A DNA stretch of 64,000 nucleotides from Octopus vulgaris (lineage: Eukaryota): positions 68,634,001 to 68,698,000 of the forward strand of contig OX597815.1 in the NCBI GenBank assembly GCA_951406725.2, read 5' to 3'. The notes beneath the pieces were generated by a model. The model was not told the DNA's origin. It saw only the letters and a program-made list of their open reading frames with translations, and made no database searches. Both the position numbers and the translations under genes were made by a program. How positions within the stretch are numbered: the stretch's first letter is position 1; the number at the start of each line of letters is the position of its first letter. Positions 42,075-53,505 of the stretch are shown here, piece after piece.

Positions 42075-42611
42075 TAGCAACACTATTTTCTGAAGTTCTC
42101 CCACGTTAACATTCAAGGGAGTTTGTTGAGCTGCTTATCAAGGCCCTTTTTAATTAGCCCTAATACTCCAATCAACACTGGTGCTGTGCTGCTTTTCATT
42201 CCCCACATCTTGGTCACTTCTATTTCTAGGTCTTTGTACTTGAAGGAAGCTTTACTTCTTTAACGGACACATTTCTCTCTGATGGTACTGTCATATCTAT
42301 CATTAAGCATTTCTTATTCTTCCCATCTTTGATGATTATGTCCGGCCTGTTTGCCTTGATTTCTTTATCGGTGTTGATTGACATGTCCCATATCATCTTT
42401 TCCGGTCACAGTTTCAGGTTTATGCTGGTACCATCTTTCTGAAGTTGGAAGTTGGTAGTGTTTACATATCTTCCAATGGATATATTGCGCTACTCTATCA
42501 TGTCTATGAATACATTTGGTTTTTGCAAGCGCTGTGCATCCAGTTAAGATGTGGTCCACTGTTTCATCCTGCTCATGACACATTCTGCATTTTGGGTCAG
42601 TGCCATCGTTC
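42075..42611 (-). mobile_element. R4/Dong-like non-LTR 3' fragment (CCHC + restriction-like endonuclease)
   Basis: CRMC..DETVDHILTGC...HRHDRVA...RPDIII..D motifs; next to (TAA)n. Confidence 0.85.
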
Positions 42612-43445
42612 ATTATTATTATTATTATTATTTCAGAACTTAAGGACATTTCACTGAATCAGGATTTCTATCAAATATTTCATTCTCAGCAAGTATATAT
42701 TTCAGTCAGACTTTACTGATAATATTTAACATGTAAAACAAAAAACACAAACTTCTACTCATATCTAATAAATCAGAGAATTAGCAGGTTTAATATTGCA
42801 ACTTACAAGAAAGATTATGTTCATACATGTTGTTCTAGAAATAAATGAAACACAGTATTTCTAAACCTAAATTAGAAAACTATGAGCAAGATCTGTTATC
42901 ATCATCATCATCATCATCATTATTATTATTATTGAGTGAGAGAGCAGCACATACCATCAAAGTGACACAAATATACGAAACCTAATGTACCCATCATGAC
43001 CACCCATCCGATAAGGGCACACCATGCACATGCATCACAACCATATATGAGCGACATGGTGATCTCATATCAAGATAAACAACGCATGCCTTTGCAGGTG
43101 GGGGCTCAGAATTTTCTTCAGATCAAGTAGCCCATCCAAAAGGTCCCTGAATAAGGGTTGTTTAAAGATGTTGAACAAAACACATGTTTCCAGAGGTGAA
43201 TTATCAAAACCCCAAAGAATTCTTCTCAATACATGGCTATGATGTTCCCCCACTACTTCTGCTTGTGATCAGAGATGCACATATTATCAGCCACCAAGGG
43301 ACAGTCAAACAACTGATGAGCAAATCAGTGGTATTGAGCAGAATATTTGCTGTAGTCCATCTTTTATACCAAGACAAAAGAATGTAGATGATAACACTTC
43401 CAATCAGTTAAGAAGCCATGAGAGTCACTGTCTGGTACTGCATCA

Positions 43446-43477
<32 letters not shown>

Positions 43478-46400
43478 GGTGTTGTTATTATTAAATGTCC
43501 ATATTCTTTGCTAGCATAGGTTGGACAGTTTGACAAGACCTAATGGTCCTCAGACTGCATCATACTCCAATGTCTGCTTTAGCAATATTTCTATGGCTGG
43601 ATACCCCTTTTAACACCAACCATTTTACAGAATATACTGGATGCTTTTTTCATGCCAACAGTACTAGTAAGGTAACATTACAGCTTGAAAGACTATGAAA
43701 CTAGACATGAGTGGCTTTATGCTGGAAGATGAAAACTTAAAGTATAAGGGAAAAGGTCAGAACAGAACATGTTTCTTGCTAGATGACTACTCACATTATA
43801 GAAGAAAGATAACTGAGGTGGAGCTGGGAAGAGATAAAAATAGTGGTTATGTGATGTCTGGGTGGACCCTCAAATAATGAGTTGAGTAGAAGTCAATGAG
43901 AGAAGAAGAACTGAAACTGTGATTGAGTAGAAGTTACAAGAGTGTATGGGAGAGTAAGAGATGAGGAATGTGAGGGGCCAGGTAGTGAGTGGACAGAGGT
44001 GCAAAACAGAATTCATACAAATAAAAGTCAGAACAATATAAAGAGATATCACCCTGAACAGACTGTGCAATCTACTTAAACCTACATTGAACAAATTATG
44101 AACTACAGCTGGACAGGAGAAGTGATTTTCCCAAAATGTTCTTATCACAGTTTATTGCACTGTCTCCCTAAGTTTCTTCACAAAATACACATTTCAATAA
44201 AATGATTGACTGAGATTTTATAATGGGTTTTTTTATTGATATTAAATTGTCATATGCATAGTGAACAGTGAGAATCAAAATGATTCAGCATGAATCAACA
44301 AACAGTTTGCTCACTGCAGTTATAAACAAGAGCATTGGCTCTTGTTAGATTCATTAGTCTAGGAGTGCTTCTGGCTGATGAGACACAACAATATCAAAAT
44401 ACTGGCTGTCCCAGAATCCCTTGTACTAATGAATTGAGTGTGTTATGAATACATACTCATTATAAAGGAGTTGTTTTCCTGTGATGAAACACAACAGTGA
44501 TTAGCATATTTACATTCAAATCTGCAAGAATGTCTTAAGAATATATGTGCAAGTCATCATCTTTTGACATGCCCTCTGAAAACCCACCAATGTTTTGAAG
44601 TCCACTTTTCTGTATTTGAATCTATTGGATAAGACTTGTCAAGACAGATTTTCTGTGGCTGGATATGTGTACATACGTGTGTGTGTGTGTGTCTGCCTGC
44701 CTGTCTAAATGTTGTTTACATCCTGCTCTGAACTGAGCTATGGACAGTAATGTTAACATTTTCTTGTCAGCAAAACATTTGTTAATTCTGTGCTGTTGAA
44801 GATAAATAGAGCTAAACTCCCTTACTTGAAGAACAGGTTAGTGAAAGAAAAGGGATGTGGCTGTAAAAACAATGCCTCAGTTATATGTAATTGTCTTACC
44901 CAGCTTAGGTGCAGGTGTGGCTGTGTGTTCAAGGAGTTTGCTTCCCAACCATGTTGTCTCAAATTTATTCTCACAGTGTGGTACCTTGGGCAAGTGTCTT
45001 CCTAATTGTGATTCAAACTAAACATCAACTCCATCAATCTGAATCTCTCCAGTTTGAATGCAATCCTTGCCATCCTTCCTCTGACTTATTATTTTTTTAA
45101 CAATTAAATAGATTGATAATTTTTCTCTCCTCTTTTCTAATAGTGTGAATTACGTGACAACCTCACTAATGCCAGCAACTATAATGAAAAACACCCAGTA
45201 TGCATTGTTAAGTGGTTGATGTTAGGACAGGCATCGAGCAGTAGAAAACATCCCAAAGTTTGCTGGATGCTGTCAAACCATCCAACCCATTCCAGCTTGG
45301 ATGGTTTGATGATGATGATGACAATGACGACGACAGCAATGATGATGATAAAAAAGAAATCGTTGACTGAATTTACTACATTTCTTTTTGTTTTTCTTTC
45401 CAAAAATCTGGTTTATAGTAAATACATGATAACATATTTTCCTATCAAACTTCTTTATTTATTTTATTGATTTTCTCAGCTGAAATCAAAGACCGTTTTT
45501 GAGTTTTGATAAAATTCCTTAGAGAAATAACATGTACAAAGATCAATGAAATAAACTTTGATGCCAAACCATTATGCTCCATGTGAAAGAATGATTCTAC
45601 TGAAGAATGAATTTGTAATTAAAAACAATTACACAACAAGCAAAATAAAATTTTAATCAGTGTCAATCAAGGACGAAAAGACTGAATAATTGCGAAGAAA
45701 GACAGAGAATGTGAGAGATAAAAATACTGAATAGAGAAATTTTAGTGATTAAATTGTCTTAATGAGTAACAAAGAAGATAAAAGAACGAATGAAAGAAAA
45801 AAGAAACTTAAATGAATGACTTTGACTAGGAAATAATAAATCCTGACTACTTCACATCTAATAAAAATTTAATGAAAGAAAATACATTTTCTAGATAGCA
45901 ATTAAATGAAGTCAAGTAAATTAATAAAAAAGAGAATAGAAAGTAGATAAAACTAAATGTTTTGATTTTTTTCGGGGACGGGGTATGGAAAAAAAAGATG
46001 ATAACTAATAAACTTGGGGAAATTAGAGTAAACAGATTTGTCTGATTACAATTCTTATGAAGAATTTTTCATTTTTTTATGGAATGACACAGAAACTAAC
46101 AACATTTTTAGCAAGAATAAAAATCCTTTCAAAAATTTCCAAACTAATCAATGCTGTAAGAGACCATCTTCGATGCTGGCAAGGATTGGAAAGTTTGACA
46201 GGATCCAACAAGCCAGAGGACTGTGTTGATTTCCAATACTTGCCTTGGCATGGTTTCTGTGGTTGGATGCCTTTCCTAATGCCAACCAGTTTACAGAGTG
46301 TACTAGGTGCTTTTTTTTTTTTTTGTATTTTTCATAACATCAGTACTACTGAAATAGCCAAGTAATTTGCAAGACAAAAGAGAAAAAGGACCCCACCTCC

Positions 46401-47095
46401 AACTCAACCAAGTGAAGTTGTAGTAGAAGGAGAGGTGCATTTATGCCAAGTGTTGAGAAGCTTAAAAAGTATGATAGAGGGACAAACACAGGTATCTTGC
46501 TATAAGAGAGATACATGGCTACTTTGCATTACATAAGAGTGAGTGGGAATGGCCAGAAAGAATATGGTGATAAAGTGACAGCATACTCTCAAGGTACAAG
46601 AAGGTATATATAAGAGAAAATATAAGCTGATAATCAAGAAGGGTAGGTGACTAAGTTCATAAGAGAATGAAAGGAGAGTGAAAGCTGGTTGAAAATGGGG
46701 GTAAAGGTGAATATAGTGAACAGTGAACAAGGATGGAGGTGTGGTTGATGATAAATATCAGTATAGGAGAGAAGATAAAAGAAATAACTCAGGAAGGAGG
46801 TGATAAGTGGCAGTGTAATAAAGGTGGAGAGCAGTAGTATAATAATCCACTCAATCGATGAGAGCATGTGTGGGGAAGCAAAGATAGAGGGAGAGAGAGA
46901 TATGCAGAGATAGAAATGGAGGTCTGAGGAATGTAACAAGGGGCATCAATGCAGTTATGAGAGTGTTGAGAGTCATAGATATGAGAAAGTATTACAGTTG
47001 AAGTGTAGCAGTCCTTACCTTATCTGATGATTATGAATTATCTGATGATTATGAACAAACCAATATATTTAAAAAACTAATGAAAAAAAAAACTA

Positions 47096-48416
47096 ATGGG
47101 AAAAAGGGATTATCATCAAATTGCCAAAGGAAGGTGATTTGAAGGAATACCTGAATTGGAGACAAATAACACTACTCCTTGCAATGAGTAAAGTCATGGG
47201 GTGAGTAATCATTGAGAGAATACAGAGAGGAGCATATTAGGTACTCAGGAAAGAGCAGGCTGGGATTCCACAAAAAAAGAAGCACAGCTGAAGAAATATT
47301 CATCCTCAGAAACATTTTAAAGCAAGTCCAGGAGTGGAGAGCAACATTGTATGTTCACTTTATTGACTTTGAAAAAGCCTTCAACACAGTTCACTATGAA
47401 AGACTGACAAAATTAATGAGATTGTATGGCATTCCTGACAAGCTAATGAGGATGGTATAATGACTTTCAGTGCACAGTAGAGGACAACAAGGACAAAACA
47501 AGGTGATTAAAGGTTACAACTAGAGTCAAGCAGGAATGTGTCATGTCAGGCTTCTTGTTTCCCAGGGTGATAGACTGGGTCATGCGAAGAACATAGGAAT
47601 AGCATTAGATGGAATCTAACTAGCATGTTCAAAGATCTCAACTTTGCAGAAGATGTAGCATTGCTGTCATCTACCTATGAGCACATCCTGAGCAAGACAT
47701 ACAGACCAGCAGAGAACCCTGACAGAATTGGTCGTAAACTCAACTCATAAAAATGTAAAACACTAAGGAATGATGTCAGACAACAAGTTCAAGTGAGAAT
47801 GGGCAACAATGAGGTGGAAGGCATTGAAGAATTTGTTTATAACAAGTTGACAGTCAAGAAAGACAGAGGGGAGACAGAGGATATAAAGAACAGATTATCT
47901 TTACAGATTGCATTCTATAATCTATGGAGAAGCAATGGTATAGGCAGTAAAATGAAAAAAGATATTGGCCTGACCAGCATTACTCTACAGATGTGAACAC
48001 TGAAAAGTGACAAAAACGAAAGAGAAAAAACAAGGAATAGCTTCTAGTTCACATTGTAAGGAGAATAATTGACATCAAGCAGCTGCAAAGAGACTGAAAT
48101 GACACAGTTGAGATGACAATGAGCGTCAACAGGATCAGTGATGAAATAAGATGCAAACACTGGAACCGGATCAGACATGTCCTTAGACAAGATCAAGAGA
48201 GCAAATATATGGTGGCACTAAAGTGACAGCCTGAGGGGAAAAGAGCAGCAGGGTGCCCTAAAACCACATAACAAAGGACCATTAACAAAGAAAGAAGACA
48301 AGAAGAGCGGAGAAGCTAGAATGAGACCTGAAGAGTGACAAGAAAAAAGAGCTGGTTGGAGAGATTGTGTTGTAGCCTTATGTACCTTGTGGCATGAAGA
48401 GAACTAAATAACTAAT
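47096..48416 (+). mobile_element. Old RTE/BovB-like LINE, RT + 3' end
   Basis: KGIIIKLPK, HFIDFEKAFNTV, YGIPDKL, DLNFAEDVALLS relics with stops and frameshifts. Confidence 0.85.
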
Positions 48417-49249
48417 GGTATTATTAGAAATATTTTAACTAGAGCATGCAGTAAATCCCAATATTCAAGATATAAAAATAAAACATTAATATTCAAAGAT
48501 TCTGTGCTTGCTTAACCATTTCTCCATCAAGAGCCATAAACTTAATTTCTTTCACTTGGCCACAAGACAAAGATACAACAGAGAAGATTAACTTCCAAGA
48601 TATATTACAGGTACTTATTTTATTAATTATAAAGTAAGACACTTCTATCATACTTTAATCTCTCGACATCTAACACAAATCTACCTCTCCCAATGCTACT
48701 CTCCACTCAGTTGAGGTCGTGTCCCATGAACTACTTGGTAATCTCACTAGTGCTGGTTTCACATAAAAGGCACCCAATACAATCTGTAAAGTGGTTGGCC
48801 TAAGGAAGGGCATCCAGCCAAAGAAACTAAGACAAACACTGGATTTTGGTGTAGTCCTCTGGCTCACTAGCTACTTTTGAACTGTCCAGCCCATGAAAGT
48901 ATGGAAAATGGACATCTGATGATTATGAAAGTAGTGAAAGATAAAGTAGATCCCGGCAGGATTTTAACTAAAATGATGAAATATTGAATCATTTGCAGTA
49001 ATGCATTGAGCCTGGCAGTCTACAGACTTGACCAGATCATTGAGAAAACTATTAACAACTACAAAAATAAATCACTCCATTTAATTCTTCTTATGTCCAA
49101 TTTCTTTCTCAATGCACCAATGCTCTGTTGCAAATGCACACTGACATTGCACATCCAGCAAAGCATACCAGCTCCATTCTTCTCCAGCCTTTGCATGTCC
49201 TATGTATTCAGGCATCCATGACAAATGGTACCTTCTGGAGAGAAAAAAA

Positions 49250-50415
49250 TAATTCTTTCTACTATAGGCACAAGACCTGAAATTTTAAGAGAAGGAGTTG
49301 GTCAACTGCTTGACTAACTGTTTACTGACTCCAAAAGGATGAAAGGCAAAGAGGATCTTGCTGGAACTGAACTTGGGCTGTACTAACCATTTTCCAGCCC
49401 ACCACAATAATATTAATAGTAATAATAGTTTCAAATTTTGGCACAATGCCAGCAATTTGGGGGAGTGGAGTAAGTTGATTACATTGATCCCAGTGATCAA
49501 CTAGTACTTATTTTATCAACCCCAAAAGGATGAAAGGCAAAGTTGACCTCAGCAGAATTTGAACTCAGAATACAAAGAAGAACGAAATGCTACTAAGCAT
49601 TTTGTCCAGTGTACTAATGATTCTGCTAGCTCACCACCTTAATAATAATAATCCTTTCTACTATAGACACAAGGCTTAAAATTTGGGAGAGGGAGATAGT
49701 CGATTACATTATTTTATCGACCTCAAAAGGATGAAAGGCAAAGTTGACCATAGCAGAATTTGAACTAATAATATAAGGACAGACGAAATGCCGCTAAGTA
49801 TTTTGCCCAGTGTGCTAATGGTTCTGCCAGCTTGCCACCTTAATAATAATAATAAAGTGTAAGCTCACAGACTTTGCAATTCCTTAAGATAACAGACTGG
49901 ATATCAATGAAACTGAAAAAAAAAATTAAGAAATATCAGGACCTAGCTAGAGATATAAAGAGATTGTGGAAGACTAAGACAAGTATTCCTGCAATAATTG
50001 ATGCACCTGACGCAAAAAACTCAAACTGCTACATAAGAGGTTGAAGGGTACTGGAATTGAGATTTGCATTGTCAACCTTCAGGAAAGTACAATCCTGCAT
50101 TCTGCAAGAATTCTAAGACTTCTTGAGATTTAAGGAAACTAGTTAACACCAAACTAGAACACAGCATCCCTGCTGTAGCATGTAACAGTCATAAAAATAA
50201 TAATTCTTTCTACTATAGACATAAAGAATGAGATTTTGAGGAAGGAGGTAGTCATTTACATCAATGTCAGTGCTTAACTGGCACTTATTTTAATCGACCC
50301 GAAAAGGAAGGCTAGCAAAGTTGACCATGGCAGAATTTGAACTCAGAATATAAGCTGGAAGAAATGCCACTAAGCATTTTGTCCAACATGCTAATGTTTC
50401 TACCAGCTCAATGCA
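49250..50415 (-). mobile_element. Cluster of four SINE A copies plus an R4-like fragment (+, ~49895-50140)
   Basis: Repeated aaaggatgaaaggcaaag...agaatttgaactcag blocks separated by (TAA)n; KYQDLARDIKRLWK peptide. Confidence 0.8.
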
Positions 50416-51440
50416 ATAATATTAAAAATAATAACAGCAGCTAAGCAACGTAATATATTTCCTTTCTATCGTTTCCATTATTATTATAGATCCCTCCATT
50501 ATTTTCTTACTGTTTTACTACTTTTTCTAGCAATTTATTGAACTCAAATCTCTATTGTCAGATTGTTATTGTTTAGCTGAAAAAAATAAATGAAAATGTA
50601 AGCAATGTGGTTCTTTCTTTCTGAAGTGACATTCCATCTTGAAGAAGCTTGGAACAAAGTATTTTATTAATCTTCAACACTACTGTTGCAAAAGAGACAA
50701 TAATTCTTCCACAAAAAACATTACATATTTCAAATTTCAACTGCTTTGTCTTCATCTTTCCATTTTGAAGTTAGGTAGAATGAACTTAATGACGCTGACA
50801 GTTGTACATGAATTACTATTGAAACAAATGTTGTAAGAAGTGAATGCCATTCCTTGTACTTCCAATTCAATTATGAAGTAGAAGCGAAAAGTATTTTCAG
50901 CTAAGCAGACTGGAGAAATCAGAATGAGTTTTAAAATGCTAACAAAATCAATAACCAAACATGATTTAGTCTACTTATATATTTTCCATCATCAAATATT
51001 CATATGAGATGAAATAAGCATTCCATACTTTCTTTTTTATATAAACTTATATTTTTCATTTTATTATTGTCAATAAATATTAATACCAGACATCAGACAG
51101 TAACACAAGCTTCATGTCCTGCTAAATAAAGCTAGCCCAAGCCAAAACATACTGTGCAAAGACACATCACATGCTGTGTCATACTAAATAGTAATGGGTG
51201 ACACTGAAATTTCATGCCGCATCACATACACTTTGAACCAATCAAAAGCCATGCAAAGCCAAGCGAAAAATAATTTTTCTTTAAACAATTATCAATTCAA
51301 AACATGAATATTTATTATTTATATTTTGTGTATTTACCATTATTTTTTGTTGTTGTTTTTCTTTATTGCAACATATCAGAAGTACAAAATATCAAACAAT
51401 TGAAAATACAAAAATAGAGACAAGGAAAAATAGAAAATAC

Positions 51441-51856
51441 GGATCTCTTCGGTTTGAACGGCAGTTTTTTCTAGCGGTGTCATATGAAATTGTCACCCAT
51501 AATTATGACCCTAGTATCGATCTATTGCATTTCAATCTGTTTTAGGGTTAGGGTTATGGGTGGGGGAAAGGGTATCTTTTTTTCTTCACAAATGTAAATA
51601 AACCCAATCTGTTTCTTAAATGAGGGACATGTTCATATAGCACAGAATGTTTTTTAGCTCAATAGACGTCAGCGAGTGGTTGAAATTGCAGAAATTGAAG
51701 AAAAAAACAACAAATATCTTACAAACTATAGAATTTTCTCAATAAGGCCAAGAGAAAAAGATGTTTTATAAACACATTCTACCAGTATACGAAGTTTAAC
51801 ATTTTTTAGTTACCTAAAAATTATGTTAAAAACTGCCGTTCAAACCAAAAAGATCC
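51441..51856. mobile_element. Young MITE with ~29-bp TIRs and 8-bp TSD (Merlin/hAT-like)
   Basis: ggatctcttcggtttgaacggcagttttt / aaaaactgccgttcaaaccaaaaagatcc; TSD GAAAATAC on both sides; internal ttagggttaggg. Confidence 0.92.
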
Positions 51857-52554
51857 GAAAATACAAATAAACAAAATAAACTCCATATAAAAATCATAAG
51901 TTAAATATAAAACAGAAAGCAGCAAGAAAACAACTGAGTAAAGAAAATGCTAGTAAACCTTTCACAACCAAATGTACAGAGACCAATGAAACCATCAGAA
52001 ACAGCCGTGTTTAACAATTCCATTATATTCCTTTTTATATACATATATTAAATAACCATTGTTTAATATTCAACAATCCATGCTGGCATAGGTAAAACAA
52101 GTGATACACCCACACACATATAACGATCTTATCCTTATTTATATAAATTTATATATATTTACTTTGTCATTATATTTACTGCGGTGGTATTTTGACCATA
52201 TCGCACGAGTTTAGACAGGCAATTTAAACTGGTCGTGTGCATACGTGCATGTATATGTGTGTATACATGCGTATATGTAAGTATTCGTATATTGTATATA
52301 TATATATATATATATATATTTGTATTTATGTACTATTTGCATATATTCCACTGATGAAGGCAAAACATTTCTTATGCAGAGCCAGAAACCCAGGATCTTG
52401 AATTATCCAATATTTTTTTTTTTGCTAGTTTATTTTGTCCCTTTGTCTTCTCTCCTGGTGCTGTATGAACATTTAATGTGGCTTTAGAGTCAAATTTTAG
52501 CTGCCATATCTAGCATGGTGGTATCTCTTAGATACCCTTAATTATTTATATATA

Positions 52555-52815
52555 TGTGGCACACCGTACTGGTGGCACATAAATGGCACCATCCGATCGT
52601 GGCCGTTTGCCAGCCTCGTCTGGCACCTGTGCCGGTGGCACGTAAAAGTCACCCACTACACTCACGGAGTGGTTGGCGTTAGGAAGGGCATACAGCCGTA
52701 GAAGCATTGCTAGATCAGACTGGGCCTGGTGCAGCCTCCTGACTTCCCAGACCCCAGTTGAACCGTCCAACCCATGCTAGCATGGAAAGCGGATGCTAAA
52801 CGATGATGATGATGA
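52555..52815 (+). mobile_element. Solo RTE 3'-module with one array unit
   Basis: Highly similar to 18415-18663; inserted in (TA)n. Confidence 0.92.
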
Positions 52816-53134
52816 TATATATATATATATATATTTATATGATAGTTATAAATTGTAAAAACATAACTGTCACCACTACTACATGAAGCTGAAGATTGCA
52901 TAGTTTAATGCATGAAAGTACTAGTTCAATCAGAATGGACATTTAATATTCTGTCATTTCATTATCTTATATTATCTATATACATAAATGGCAATTTCTG
53001 TCCGTTTGTGGCCATGTATATGTGTGTGTGTGTGTGTATAAATGTATATTTTTTCAACGTGTACAAATAACACACAAAGATTTGAATAACACCTGCGTTT
53101 AACTCTATTTATTTATGTGAGTATATATACTGTA

Positions 53135-53470
53135 TAGTGCCAAAAATATCAACATTATCATCAGGATAAAGGACCAAATACTTCAACAAATTGGGTTTCA
53201 AGGGCCCACAACTCTTCAATATCCTCTTTAAAAGCCTGAGAGAATTGCATGGGGTGGATGAAGGTGTCTTCAAAACAAAACTGGATCTCCTCCTGTCAAA
53301 AGTTCCAGATGAGCCTAACTCAAGGCAGGAAACAAAGGTGGGAGTAGCAGCATCAAACTCCCTCAGTCACTAAATATCACAGAGGATGTTTCAGGTAGTG
53401 AAGATGTAACAAAGCTAATAGTGGTGACCCAGCATGGCCACAGCTCTAGACCTGAATCTAGTTGAAGAGT
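53135..53470 (+). mobile_element. CR1/L2-group LINE 3' end
   Basis: GPQLFNIL...FKTKLDLLLSKVPDEP C-terminal peptide. Confidence 0.7.
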
Positions 53471-53505
53471 TTTATGTGTGTGTGTGTGTGTGTGTATATA
53501 TATTT

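Noticed and set aside
42807-42834. 28-nt candidate exon with good splice sites
   Set aside because: Stop in phase 1; the phase 0->1 reading that would fit the next exon has no identified phase-0 partner; needs RNA data
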